Shown: positions 39,939 to 51,083 of the stretch, in pieces
Layout: each line of letters begins with the position of its first letter
Numbering within the stretch: the first letter of the stretch is position 1
Source: Candidatus Marinacidobacterales bacterium
GTDB taxonomy: Bacteria > Acidobacteriota > Vicinamibacteria > Marinacidobacterales > SMYC01
Assembly: GCA_965224085.1 (NCBI GenBank)
Contig: CBDCYI010000009.1
Span: forward strand, 576,001 to 640,000
Direction of reading: 5' to 3'
DNA: 64,000 nucleotides
Translations under genes and position numbers: made by a program
The notes under the pieces: generated by a model
What the model was told of the DNA's origin: nothing
Seen by the model: the letters and a program-made list of their open reading frames with translations, nothing else
Database searches by the model: none

Positions 39939-40014
39939 CCTGCTCTATGCCAGGCGAGCGCCTTTGGTCTCTCGCCTGTCGCCAATGAGCTCTGGAACGA
40001 AATCGACAACGGAG

Positions 40015-40144
40015 GGGCATTTTGTTGTTTTTCCCACCCGCGAAAAGTCGAACCCAGTGGAAGGGCCCGTTGGCTGTCGGGAAGGGCTCGGCGGACTCCT
40101 CCGATACCAATATCGGAACGCCGCAAGTTTCTTGACCCTATGGG
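40015..40144 (+). pseudogene. rve-integrase C-terminal remnant with element end
   Basis: GPVGCREGLGGLLRYQYRNAA followed by AGTTTCTTGACCCTATGGG. Confidence 0.65.
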
Positions 40145-40202
40145 TAGAGCAGCGACAGTCGAAAGGTTCGCGCCGTCCGGGCGAGGCGATTCGGTCTACC
40201 TA

Positions 40203-41886
40203 GTTCCTGTCCAGAAACACCATAACTTGTGGTGTACGAGAGGCCTATCGAAGATGTGGGTATTATACGTTTTCAGTCGGCACCTCGTAGGCTCGGAAGC
40301 GAATGAAAATCTTGGACGAAACGAGAGGCGAATCGTCAGCAATCCATGGCTATAAACGCAGTAAGAGTAATCATTATTATCGTAATAGGTGCCTTGCCAT
40401 TACCAACAGGTTGCAGGTGATGATGGAACTCCATACGTAGGATTTGAAAGAAGGCAATGAGCGCCATGTGCATCGGTCGAGACCAAAGACTCGTTTCAAG
40501 AACGAAATGACGCCTTCGATTCCGCAGCGAAATCGCCGTAGGCGTTGATAGACCCAGGAACTCTTGACCATATCGGTCACCGCGAAGTGAGCCTTGGTAA
40601 AGGCAACATCTTCAACTCCCTTGCCTTTGATGGCTTCCAAGTTTGCCTTTGAAGAAAACGCGCCATCGTAGGCAACCTGGCGCGGGGCCCGTTCGTAGAG
40701 TTCGACTTGACGGTCGATCATGGTTTCCGCGAGAGTTGAATCGGACGGATTCCCATCCAAGATCACGCAATCCAAAATCATCGAGGACGAGCCACCAGTC
40801 AAACACACCTTGTGACCGTAGAGAGTCTCGCGCCGGTCTTTGCGAATAATGTCGGTGTGTTCTTCGAAGATCGAAACGACCTTTTCCTCCGCAGGCACAC
40901 GCTCTTCATCAATCACTCTACGCCGAGTTTGGTTGATGACTTTTTCGGTGAGGACGAGAAAGTGCTTAAAATCCGCGGCGATCTTCTCCGCACTCGCTCG
41001 CTTCACCGGCTCGGTCAAGCCGGACTCGTCCAACTGGTCTGCAACGCGTTGAGCGGAGCGATAGGTTTCTTCCGACACCTTCAGTAGATCTCGATAGACG
41101 CGACGCCTTTGTTCCTTATCCTTCGCGTTTAGAACTCCCAGTCGACGTCTCTTCGCTCGACGCGTTCGATTGCCGAAGACCACTACTGTACCCAGCAGTT
41201 CGCGAGTTCGGCACATGAGGCGAGTGAGAACTCGGACGCAGTCATAAAGAAGCTCGGAGTCCGTAGGAGAATGAATATTCGACTCCACTACCGTGCAGTC
41301 CACTCGTACTTTTCTTCCTTTTTCGATCGCGGTCTTCTCGGCAACACTCACCAACTCTCGGTTGATTTTCTCCAGCGTTTCGAACTTCACGGCTTTGATG
41401 TTTGCTGCTAGGGTCGACTTCGACGGGCTCGGCTCTATGATGCCGAGCTGGCAAAACGTCCGATAGCTTCGAGAGTCTGCCAAGTGAAACGCCAGCTCCC
41501 GATAGGTGAACTGATTCAGCTGCTTGACCAACAACGCCCGGAGAACCTGCTCCGCGCTCATTCCCCCACGACCAACATCGCTCCCTGCCGATGGGGTGAC
41601 CGACCTCAGGTCTTGCAGTACCAGCTCATTGAGCTTAGGATGGGCATCGAGCAGCGATGATATCGTTTCGAGCTCGCGTGCGTGCTCCAGCTCCAGCCAG
41701 GGCTCGCGAAGGCTTGGTTGTGGGTTGATCGTTTTTCGCATTTAGGGCTGGTCTCCTTTGGAGTTAAGTCGTTTAGAATCTGCGTTTTTGTCGACTCGAT
41801 ACTAAACGACACTCCCTCAGAAGGCTAGCCCTAAATTTGCGATTACCCCTTTTTTCTCAACCTCTTACACCTGTCAGGACGGGTAC
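40203..41886 (-). mobile_element. IS element (ISNCY/IS5-like DDE), copy 2
   Basis: Inverted near-identical copy of 35495-37178; 6-bp TSD TACCTA. Confidence 0.9.
40377..41741 (-). CDS. Intact DDE transposase (454 aa)
   Basis: VRVDCTVVESNI, AYDGAF and RCGIEGVISFLKR motifs. Confidence 0.92.
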   Translation of the reverse strand: MRKTINPQPSLREPWLELEHARELETISSLLDAHPKLNELVLQDLRSVTPSAGSDVGRGGMSAEQVLRALLVKQLNQFTYRELAFHLADSRSYRTFCQLGIIEPSPSKSTLAANIKAVKFETLEKINRELVSVAEKTAIEKGRKVRVDCTVVESNIHSPTDSELLYDCVRVLTRLMCRTRELLGTVVVFGNRTRRAKRRRLGVLNAKDKEQRRRVYRDLLKVSEETYRSAQRVADQLDESGLTEPVKRASAEKIAADFKHFLVLTEKVINQTRRRVIDEERVPAEEKVVSIFEEHTDIIRKDRRETLYGHKVCLTGGSSSMILDCVILDGNPSDSTLAETMIDRQVELYERAPRQVAYDGAFSSKANLEAIKGKGVEDVAFTKAHFAVTDMVKSSWVYQRLRRFRCGIEGVISFLKRVFGLDRCTWRSLPSFKSYVWSSIITCNLLVMARHLLR

Positions 41887-41893
41887 TACCTAG

Positions 41894-42275
41894 TCACCGG
41901 AGCCCATAAAGGTAGAGGAGCGCTGCATAGCCGCTCGGAAGCGAGATCGGTGGCTCTTCGAGCTCCGCGTAGCGCAACGCCATCTCGAGAAAGAACCGCG
42001 CGTGGAAGAACGCTTCGAGGATAGGGCGCGTGACTGCGGTCCAATCAGCGTTGTCCTCGACCTTGAACGTCTTGTGCGTTCCCAGCGCGACGATCTCGGT
42101 GAACCAAGCGTTCAGCTCGCACTTTGGAGAAAGGCCTTGAAGCGCACTCACGATCGCGACCGTTTTTTCCTGAAGCGCGTAAACTTTGAATCTCTGGTGA
42201 TAGAAGCGGTAGACGGGATCCTCGTAGCACCAATGGTCGTTGCACTTGTCGAGCAGCGACTCTAGCTCGGGACGC
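41894..42275 (-). pseudogene. Hypothetical protein, 5'-truncated
   Basis: The frame extends upstream of 42151 (EDPVYRFYHQRFKVY...TRPILEAFFHARFFLEM...LPSGYAALLYLY) without a start. Confidence 0.6.
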
Positions 42276-42380
42276 TTCCGTCACAGGTTCTGAAGCAGAG
42301 CCCGCTCGACGGGTCGGTCGGACTTGCCCGCGGCCATCGGTGCTTCTCACTGACCGACTTCAATCGACGCTAGAGCGCTC

Positions 42381-43778
42381 CTACTCGTCGGTCGATTCCG
42401 ATTCCTTCGCTTTGACGAGATCGCCGCGCTCGAGGTGGATTTTGTCGAAGCTATCCGCCGAGATCACGTAGTACCATGGAGCGAAGCGTTGCGAAAGCTC
42501 TTCTGCGGTCTCTTGGCCTTTCTTGACGTTGTCTTCCCAGCTTTTGTGCGCGTCGGCGAGGTCTTTGTTCTGCTCGTCCTCGTCGGTCAAATCATCGGCT
42601 TGTTTGTCCTCGAACTCGCGATTCGCTGGACGCGGCGGCTCGAGAAGCGTCGAGCCGTCGAAATCCGCGGTGACGAACAGATAGCGGTTCTCGCCCGGGC
42701 CGCCCCCTTCGTCTCCGGTCGAATCGGCCCCGGCGCTGATGGCCTCGCCCGAGCCGTAGAGGATCTCGCCGAAGCGTAGCGTGTAATAGACGCCTTCATT
42801 CGTCCGCACTTGGAGCTCGCCTTCATTGGATAGAAGGTCGCCCGTGCGCGTCATGTAGTAGCCCCGGCTCTGGAGCGATAAAACATCTTGGCGTGAGACC
42901 GTGAGTCCCGACAGACGGTTGTCGATGCCTTCAGGCTTCGGACGAACGCCGACGATTTTGAGGTTGTCCAACTCGCGCAGCAAGTCGTTCATCTTCGTGG
43001 AGTCGACTTCTTGGTTGGCGCGCATGCGATTCGCGGCCCATGTATCGTCCACTTTCTCGAGAGTGACAGTGTCGCGCTCATCCACCATGAGAGTCCTCTC
43101 GTTGATGGAATAGTCGCGCAGCACGACGTGGTCCATTTTGCTTTGCTCGACTTTGAGAAGGTCGCTCTCGATCCAGTCCTCGAACTTCGTCGAGATATCG
43201 ACGTCCACTTTGGCAGCGTAGACGCGCTTTTGCTCCGGCACACGCACAAAATGAAAGCCTTCACGTCCTTCGATCTCGGAGCCGATGATGATGTCGGCGA
43301 GAACGACGTCGTTCTCGCCGCGCATCGTGACGCGCTTGCCGCGGCCGAGCAGGCTCGCAGCCGTTTCGTCGAGCGGGTCGATGACACCGAGCGCTTCGTG
43401 GTCGGAAACATTGTCGGAGCGGAAGTCGTCCTTGTTGATGGTCATGACACCCGCGGCCGTCTCCGCGAGGCGATCCTCACCATCTGCGGCATAGTTGTGA
43501 TGCGACGGGATCGTCCAGATGCCACTCTGGTTCGTTACCTTGAACGGCCGCGCGGCGGCCGTATCTTCATCGAACTCGATGACCTCGAGCGTCATCGCGA
43601 CGTTCGGGTCGGTGAAGTCTGGAAAAAAAGGCTCGCCTTTATCGAGAAAGGCGCTCGGCGTGATGTTGCGCGGCGCCGTCGCGAAGGCGACGACCGCGAG
43701 AAGCAACGCGGCGCCCGCAAGTGTTTTAGTCAGCTTGAGCTCGGGCTTGGCCTCGACTGGCGTGGTTTCCTCTACCAT
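42381..43778 (-). CDS. DUF4340-type protein
   Basis: N-terminal TM; WTIPSHHNYAAD, FVRVPEQKRVY, ISTKFEDWIESDLL; last gene of the ABC operon. Confidence 0.8.
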   Translation of the reverse strand: MVEETTPVEAKPELKLTKTLAGAALLLAVVAFATAPRNITPSAFLDKGEPFFPDFTDPNVAMTLEVIEFDEDTAAARPFKVTNQSGIWTIPSHHNYAADGEDRLAETAAGVMTINKDDFRSDNVSDHEALGVIDPLDETAASLLGRGKRVTMRGENDVVLADIIIGSEIEGREGFHFVRVPEQKRVYAAKVDVDISTKFEDWIESDLLKVEQSKMDHVVLRDYSINERTLMVDERDTVTLEKVDDTWAANRMRANQEVDSTKMNDLLRELDNLKIVGVRPKPEGIDNRLSGLTVSRQDVLSLQSRGYYMTRTGDLLSNEGELQVRTNEGVYYTLRFGEILYGSGEAISAGADSTGDEGGGPGENRYLFVTADFDGSTLLEPPRPANREFEDKQADDLTDEDEQNKDLADAHKSWEDNVKKGQETAEELSQRFAPWYYVISADSFDKIHLERGDLVKAKESESTDE

Positions 43779-46540
43779 TACGCTCCCTCCCTCAGGCGGT
43801 GGGCTTGAACAGCGCCTTCCCGTTCGCGCTTTTGCCGCCGGATAAAGATGTAGACCCCGAGAAGGAACACGGGAATCGGCGGCAACAAGACGGCCGCTGA
43901 GCGGATGCTGCTCTGGATGAGACGGATCTGAGTTTCCATCCTCTCCTCGCTCGCGCGGATCGCCGCTTCCTTCGCGGTGTCGATATTGGATTTTTGCACT
44001 TCCAGGCGCCGGTTCTCGACCTCTTCGAGGTTACGCGCCATGATTTGCTTCGTCTGCGCGTCGAGATCCGCGCGGTCTCGGACTTCGGCGACCTTCGCAT
44101 CGAGCCGGCTCTGGGCGGCGGCGAGGTTCGCGTCGGCCTCGCGCTCGGCCTCGGCCTCTTCTTGCGCTCGTCGCTCGATGAAGTTGCGCGTCTGGTTCTC
44201 CACGCGCGCGAGCGTCCGGTGGCGCACGCGGCGGTTGCGAAGGGCGACGAACGACTCGTCTCCCACGAGCGTGTCCATCGCGTTCAAGAAGAACGTCACG
44301 TTGTCGAAGTTCAGGTTGCCCGGTCCCATACGCCGAATATCGAAGAACTGCTGGGAAATGAAATCGATATCGGTGATGACGATGACGTGGAGCGGCTTGG
44401 CCGGGCTTGGCTCGGCATCCTCGGATTCGCTCTCGCCCTCGTTCTCGCTACCATCATCGGTCGGCTCGGCATCCTCGGATTCCCTCTCGCCATCGCTGCC
44501 ATCATCGGACGGCTCGGTGCGCCGCACTTCCGCCGCGAGGGTGTAGGTCATAGGGTCCGGACGGTGCGGCAAGTTGCGGTTGAGCGACGCGCCGAGAAAG
44601 TTTCGCTGCACCATCTGGAAGTACGGAAAGCGCCCGGATAGAGGGCCGGTTTGCAGGAGCGGACGGTAGGTCAACCCTTCGCCCGAGGCAGAGTTGATTT
44701 GACCCGGGTAGAGGAAGACGAGCTGCTGGAGCGCGGCGCTCGCTTGGTGGTTCGCATCGAACACGTCCGGGTTATTGTTGCCGTGCCCGAGAAAGACGAC
44801 TTCGGGCGGCAGGTGTGCGAGGTCCGGATGTGGGTTATAGGCATCCCACGTGATGGTGGCCGGGTCCCATTGAAAGCCGAGCTCGCTCAAAAAGCCGCGG
44901 ATATCGCCTTTCGGTTGCGGCGGAGGCTGTTGCTGCCGCATGAACGGATTGGTGTTTTGTCCTGGCTGTTCGGACGGTGCGAGGCCGAGATTCACGATGG
45001 GGAGCGGATCCACGAGGAGGAGCGCCGGCGTCCCTTGCTTGATGAAGTCGGAGACGTTCGTCATCTCTTCCTGCGTCAACGAAGAAGGAAGTGTTATGAG
45101 CAAGCCGTCGACTTCCTCGGTGATCGTGCTCGAGGGCGTTATCTGGACGACCTCGTATTGTTTCCGTAGCTCTTCCACGACCGCCCACGACGGCGAGCTC
45201 TGCATGGTCTGGAAATCGAGGCCGCCGAAAAGCTTCAGCTGCGTGTTGATGACGCCCACCTTCTTCCGCTCGGTATTGGCGACCACGCGAATGCTCCGCG
45301 CGATCTCGTACTCCGCCGGCAGACCTCGGTCGAAGAACGGGATCACTTGCTCTTCGCCCGCGCACGTGAAGGCGAGGCCGAGGAAGACTTCGCTGAAGCC
45401 GGCGCGCGCGCCTTGGAGATTCGGGATTTCCCGCGGCTGGATGCCGAACTTCTCTCGAGCTTCGCGGGCCTCCTCAGTAAAAGGCTCGGTATCGTAAATC
45501 GCGATCTGTACTGTCCCGCCGCTCGCCGACGCCATCTCTCGTAAGAGCCCCACGACGTTAGCGCGCGTTTGTACGTACTGCTCGGGCGCGGTCGGGCTGA
45601 TATAGGCCTGAACGAAGACGGGGCGGTCGCCTTCGAGCTGGCTCAGAAGCGTTCGCGTCTCCGAGCTCAGCGAGTGAAGCCGCTCCGCGGTCGCGTCCAC
45701 ACGTAGGCCAAGCCTACCCAGGATCGAGATGCTCGCAACGAGGATGACGACGACCGAGACGGCGCGCACGAGGTGGTGCGTCGACGTCTTCACGCCGTCC
45801 GCTTCACGAGGCCAGTGCCGCTGGCTTACGAGAAGCACGTTCAGATACAAGAAGACGCCGGTGACCGACGTAAAATAGAGAAGGCCGGTGAAGCTGATGA
45901 CGCCGCGGCCGAAATCTTCGAAGTGGTAGAAGACCCCAAGCGGCTCCACGGCGCGCGAGAGACCTTCGCTGAGAATCCGCGTCATGGGCTCGATGAAGAC
46001 ACCGATGCCAACAAAAACTACGCCGAGAACGAAAGCGATGGTGACGTTCGCCGAGAGCTGCGAAGCGAGCATACCGACGGCGATGAGTGCGGCGCCCACG
46101 AAAAAGAAGCCGAGATAGTTCGCGAACATCAAGCCGAGGTCGGGAGCTCCGAGCCAGAGCAGCACGATGACGTGGCTCAACGAGAGCGCGAGCGCGACCG
46201 TGTAGATGCCGAGAGCCGCCATGTACTTACCGAGCACGACCTCGACGTCGGTGGCAGGAAGCGTGAGAAGAAGCTCGTCCGTGCCTTGCTTTTTTTCCTC
46301 GGCCCAGACCGACATCGTGAGGGCCGGCACGAAAAAAACGAGAAGGTAGGGGAAAATCGCATTGAGCTGGTCGAGGTTCGCTAGATTGTTCAGGAAGAAG
46401 CGGTCCTGCCAAAAGGCGGCCGCCGCGCTCAGGAAGATGAAGAGGGTGATGAAGACATAGCCCGTGGGATTGCTGAAATACATGCGCAGATCCCGCTTGG
46501 CGATGGCGTTGGCGACGTTCCAGTTGATGTTCTTGATCAT
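43778..46540 (-). CDS. GldF/GldG-like fused ABC-2 permease and auxiliary component
   Basis: YFSNPTGYVF, WAEEKKQGTDELLLTLP, DATAERLHSLS, EYEIARSI motifs. Confidence 0.88.
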   Translation of the reverse strand: MIKNINWNVANAIAKRDLRMYFSNPTGYVFITLFIFLSAAAAFWQDRFFLNNLANLDQLNAIFPYLLVFFVPALTMSVWAEEKKQGTDELLLTLPATDVEVVLGKYMAALGIYTVALALSLSHVIVLLWLGAPDLGLMFANYLGFFFVGAALIAVGMLASQLSANVTIAFVLGVVFVGIGVFIEPMTRILSEGLSRAVEPLGVFYHFEDFGRGVISFTGLLYFTSVTGVFLYLNVLLVSQRHWPREADGVKTSTHHLVRAVSVVVILVASISILGRLGLRVDATAERLHSLSSETRTLLSQLEGDRPVFVQAYISPTAPEQYVQTRANVVGLLREMASASGGTVQIAIYDTEPFTEEAREAREKFGIQPREIPNLQGARAGFSEVFLGLAFTCAGEEQVIPFFDRGLPAEYEIARSIRVVANTERKKVGVINTQLKLFGGLDFQTMQSSPSWAVVEELRKQYEVVQITPSSTITEEVDGLLITLPSSLTQEEMTNVSDFIKQGTPALLLVDPLPIVNLGLAPSEQPGQNTNPFMRQQQPPPQPKGDIRGFLSELGFQWDPATITWDAYNPHPDLAHLPPEVVFLGHGNNNPDVFDANHQASAALQQLVFLYPGQINSASGEGLTYRPLLQTGPLSGRFPYFQMVQRNFLGASLNRNLPHRPDPMTYTLAAEVRRTEPSDDGSDGERESEDAEPTDDGSENEGESESEDAEPSPAKPLHVIVITDIDFISQQFFDIRRMGPGNLNFDNVTFFLNAMDTLVGDESFVALRNRRVRHRTLARVENQTRNFIERRAQEEAEAEREADANLAAAQSRLDAKVAEVRDRADLDAQTKQIMARNLEEVENRRLEVQKSNIDTAKEAAIRASEERMETQIRLIQSSIRSAAVLLPPIPVFLLGVYIFIRRQKREREGAVQAHRLREGA

Positions 46541-47301
46541 AGTGCCTGTGCCTCCGTCGCGGCGTCGAGTTGCGTGAGGCGATAAAAAGGCCCTTCCAAA
46601 GAGCCGTCTTCTTTGAGCTCTGCAGGCGTGCCTTTGAAGACCATGCGGCCGTCATGCACAAAGAGCACGTGGTCCGCGATCGCGTCGACTTCTTGAAGGA
46701 TGTGCGTCGAGATGAGGATAGTCTTCTGGCTTCCGAGGTTCCGGATGTTCTCGCGGAATTGCCTGATTTGGTTCGGGTCGAGCCCTGCGGTCGGCTCGTC
46801 CATGATGAGGACCTCGGGATCGTGTAGGAGCGCCTGAGCAAGCCCGACGCGCTGTCGCAAACCTCGCGAGAGCTTACCAATAGGCTTTTCGAGAACTTGC
46901 TCGAGCGCGCACAGCTCGCGCACCGCGGCGATGCGGTCCTTCAATCTCTTGGGGCCGAGCTCGCGCGCTTCACCGAAGAACTCGAGCAGCTCGAGAGGCG
47001 TCATGTCCAGATAAAGCGGGCCGTTCTCGGGCAAATAGCCGAGCCGTTTCGTCGCTTCGAGGCGCTGTTTGTGCACGTCCAGTCCGGCGATCTGCGCGGA
47101 GCCTTCGCTCGGAGCGAGATAGCCCGTGAGCATCTTCATGGTCGTTGTTTTGCCAGCGCCATTGGGACCCAAAAAAGCAACGATCTGTCCTTCCGGGATC
47201 GAGAAGCTGATGTTCTCCGTTGCGACGAAAGGCCCGTAGTACTTGGTCAGGCCCTTCGCTTCTATCATGGTTCTAGAGGGAGCATCTTCCATCGAGCGCA
47301 T
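46537..47301 (-). CDS. ABC ATP-binding protein (GldA-like)
   Basis: GPNGAGKTT, LSRGLRQR, DEPTAGLDP; AGGAGG SD before ATG 47301. Confidence 0.92.
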   Translation of the reverse strand: MRSMEDAPSRTMIEAKGLTKYYGPFVATENISFSIPEGQIVAFLGPNGAGKTTTMKMLTGYLAPSEGSAQIAGLDVHKQRLEATKRLGYLPENGPLYLDMTPLELLEFFGEARELGPKRLKDRIAAVRELCALEQVLEKPIGKLSRGLRQRVGLAQALLHDPEVLIMDEPTAGLDPNQIRQFRENIRNLGSQKTILISTHILQEVDAIADHVLFVHDGRMVFKGTPAELKEDGSLEGPFYRLTQLDAATEAQAL

Positions 47302-47517
47302 ACCTCCTGTTCGATCGGTGAGTGGCTCTGGTCCGTCTTTGGACCGTCGACGCGGGATTGAGGATGGTCGGCTCACCCGCGCGAATCGAGACTAGATTCT
47401 ACTCAAATCGTTTCATCGAGACAAGTTGGTAGTAATTACGTAAGAGTATCTGCCGTCGGGGGTTGTGCGTCGGGCGTGTAATCTTGGCCCGAAAAGGCTT
47501 ACTATTCTGGCTCCGAC

Positions 47518-48515
47518 ATGGCCCGCTCGAAACGCCGTCTCGTCCCAGAGGTCGTCCAGTCTTCGGCTATGGATTGCGGCCCCGCTGCGCTCAAAGCTTA
47601 TGTCGAAGGCCACGGGGTCTCAGTGAGCTACGGGCGCCTGCGCGAGGCGTGCCAGACAGACGTCGACGGGACGGCGATTGAAACGCTCCAGGCGATCGCG
47701 GTCGAGTTAGGCGTGCCGGTCGAGCAAGTGCTCCTCCCGAAAGATCTCGTGCTTCTAGAAGAAGCCGGCTCGCTCCCTTGTATCGCCGTGACGCGGCTTC
47801 CGAACGGCAACACGCATTTCGCGATCATTTGGAGCCTTGCGGCGGACGTCGCCCAGGTGATGGATCCGGCGTCGGGCCGACGGTGGATGACACGCGGCCA
47901 GCTTTTGCACGAGCTCTACGAGCACGCGATGTCGGTTCCGGCAGAAGATTGGCGGGAATGGGCAGGCTCGGAACAGGGGCGAAGTCTGGTCGTGAGCCAG
48001 CTATCTTCACTCGGTATCGCGAAAGAAGCGGCCTCAAAGCTCGTGGAGAGGGCGGCCGCGGACCCGAGCTGGCGCGGGCTTGCAAGCCTCGACGCGGCGG
48101 CGCGAGCGGTGCGCTCGATGGTCGATGCCGGCGCCTGTAAACGAGGCCGGGAAGCCGAAGCACTCCTAACGCCATTATTAAAAGACGCTTCCTCGATTCC
48201 AAAAGGCTATTGGTCCGCTCGGGACGTGGGCGACGGCGAGGTCGAGATCCGCGGCGCGGTCTTACTGCGACCGTCGCGCGACGACGAGTCGCCGGCATGG
48301 TCCCAGGAATCCCGCGAATTATTGTCCAAAGCTCTCATAGCGGCGCGGGACGAAGCCCCGGCCAGGCCCGCGCTCGAGCTGTGGCGGCGGATCCGCGAGG
48401 ATGGTCTCCTGACACCTGCAGTCTTGATCGCGGCGCTGTTCGGAGCCGCTTCTGCAATCGTCATCGAGGCGCTCCTGTTTCGATCGCTTCTCGAGCTCGC
48501 GCCGCTTTTCGGACG
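47518..48515 (+). pseudogene. Peptidase C39-domain ABC transporter, N-terminal part only
   Basis: QSSAMDCGPAAL, THF, VMDPASGRR; breaks after the first TM helix into antisense FN3 sequence. Confidence 0.8.
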
Positions 48516-49062
48516 AGGCGCCGTCCACCACCGCGCTCTGAAGGGTCGGCGCCGGTATCGGCGTGGCGGTCTGGCTCGCCTCAAAGCTATCCCCCACGGT
48601 GTTCACTGCCCGCACCTCGAACGTGTGGACCTGCCCGTTGGTCAGGTTGCGCACCGTCTCCGTGAGGTCCGTGCCGGCGCTCGTCCAGCTTCCAAACGCG
48701 CCGCTCCCCACTTTGTAGCGGTATTCGTAGCGCGTGATGGCCGAGCCGCCGTCGCTCGATGGGGCGGTCCAGCTCAGCGTCACCTGTCCGTCGCCGGGAC
48801 CGGGAACCGCCGACAGGTTTCGCGGCACGCCCGGCACGAGGGTAAGCGTGGTGGAGTTAGCGACGTTCGAAGGCGACCCCGTGCCAACGGAATTGATGGC
48901 CGAGACGCGGTAGTAGCGGGTGGTCCCGGCCGTGAGGCTGCGGTCGCTATACGAGTTGCCGGGACGGCTGGCCACCAGCACGGTCCACGGGTCGCCGCCG
49001 GCCGCCGACCATTCGATGCGGTAGCCGGTGATCGGGCGGCCGCCGGTGTTCGTCGGCGCGTC
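48515..49062 (-). pseudogene. Fragment of a fibronectin type III repeat surface protein
   Basis: DAPTNTGGRPITGYRIEWS...YYRVSAINSVG; VPRNLSAVPG...LSWTAPSSDGGSAITRYEYR...FEVRAVN; ends in APTLQSAVVDG (SwmB-like repeat start). Confidence 0.85.
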
Positions 49063-49324
49063 CCCGTCGGGTCAAAATACTCGAACTCCCGGCGGGTCAG
49101 CAGTTTACACCTTTCCAGGATCGACTACATCGAAAATCGGGAAGCCGCATGAGTATTTTGACCTCACGAGCTCGGGCCATCACATTGATGGCGGCGAGCT
49201 ACCTCGTTTGGGTTGGATCGGCTCTCGCTTACCACGTCCGACCGTTTTCGGAGCCAGAAACATCGTTTCATCTCGTCAGGTTCTCGATCGCGCTGCTTGC
49301 CGGCATAGGAGTCGCGTTCCTCGG

Positions 49325-51006
49325 TCCCTTGTCCCCAATCTCCCGTACCGGAAAACCAATTGACCAGGATGTAGTCGCTGAACAGGGCCGTATTCAGTAG
49401 GGTTTTCATCTCCCGGTACTTTGCGGGTTCCGAGAGGTCATGGTTACGCGCATAACGGTGCATGGCAGCCCATCTGTCGATTATGCCTAAACGGTCGATA
49501 TTGATACCCAACCAACTCTTCAGCCGAGTCGCCACCATAGTACGAAGCGAGAAAACGCCGATCTGGACGCTCCACCGCGTTGTATACGCCCCAGTAAATC
49601 CCGTTCAGATAGAGATGCACAAAAATGCCGCGCGCGGCGTTACCGCTCAAGGAAAGCTGCGAGTCCCGAACATGTTGGTCGCGGACATAGACTGCCTGAT
49701 CGCTGATCTCGCCTCTCGACCAGTTTTCTTGCCCTCCCCCCCGCAGAACGAGGGTGTTGAATTCTTTCACGGCAGATTCGGCATGCTGCACGGCGCTCTC
49801 GAAAAAAGGGTATCTCAGCATTCCCGGACCGAAGTCTTTGCTGAAGACCAAGCGAAACGAGCGCGTTTCCTTGGGAAGCGCCGAACTGTGCATTCTAATT
49901 CCGCAATCAACCTGGAAGCCCTCGAAGTCGGAAAACTTGCTTGGATAGAGGAGCTCAACCGAGGCGGGACGGGTCAGTGGACCCTTTCCAAAGTAGAGCC
50001 CTTGGCTCTCATTAAAGAGATGGTTCACGTCCATGACGATGGAGAGGGTGGGAATCGATGTCAGTCCTTCCACGAACTCCCGCTGGTTGCTCGTATTCAC
50101 AACATCGGGATCGATCTCGAGGTCGAGATCTGCGTACGGAGCCATATTGAAGGAGCGAAACTGGGCTGGATCATCGAATGGCAGAGTTGCCTGCTTCTTC
50201 ACCGTAGTCGGAAACATATAGGTATGGGTGTCGACGTTCGTGCTCGTCGCACCAGCTTTGTACGCCATGGCCCGAAGGACGGTCGTTTTAGCCACAAGAA
50301 CCTTGTTGCCGACGATTCCATGACTCACGCTCGGCTTACTGCCGTCGGTGGTATAGACGATCGTTGCGTCGGGAGTGGCGGTGGTGAGGATCACTTCGAA
50401 AGGGTTCTCATAGAAGCCGCGGTCGTGGCTGAACTTCGTATCGCCTACTGAGTGCGTCCGGCCGGTTCGGCGATGCCAATCATTGAAGAACTCGACCGAT
50501 TGCCCAACCGGTTGCGCAGGGGCGCTCGCAAGAAGAACCGGCTCTCCCCAAACCGGAACCAGTGACTGCCGATGCCCCGCGCCCGTGGCGTCCAGCACAG
50601 GCCGTGCCGTGAAGGTCAACGAGACCGCTCTCCCCTCCCACGGAGTGAGATCAATCATGCGGTCGTTCCAATGATTCCCCTCCTGTGCAGCAAGGGTCTC
50701 GCGAAACGCGCGGCTCCGCTTGTCATCGACTTCGATCTCGATCAGAAACTCTGTCTCGGGCAGACCGGCACTGGGTGTGCCTAATACGGCCATCGAGAAC
50801 TGGAGCACGGCGTTCTGCGGTACCTTTAGCGGGGACACCCACCTCGATCCGTCCAACGCTGTTCGGGACTTTCCTTCCAACTCCACTTCCCTGGAAGGCT
50901 GAGAAGGATCGAGAAGGGAAACAGAGCGCGCTCTCGATGAGTCGCTGCAAGCTGCTCCAGATGCTAGCAGCATCAGGACAAGCGTGCCGATTCGTCTCCC
51001 CATCAT
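49325..51006 (-). pseudogene. CotH-kinase-family lipoprotein, frameshifted near 49520 and truncated
   Basis: Lipobox GAAC; FSHDRGFY, YTTDGSKP, FVHLYLNGIYWGVYNAVERPD; second frame FSDYILVNWFSGTGDW. Confidence 0.8.
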
Positions 51007-51083
51007 AATGTTGCGAGGGCCAGCTGGTGCCGTCGGTAAGACTGAACTGTCCCAAACCAGCGCGACCTTGCTGGTCCACGAGC

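Noticed and set aside
35495-41886. Composite transposon carrying the BON, DHH and lipoprotein genes
   Set aside because: Each IS copy has its own TSD (TAATTA, TACCTA), so they are independent insertions.
47518-49152. Intact 544-aa protein from the ORF track
   Set aside because: The 3' third is the antisense read-through of FN3 coding sequence.
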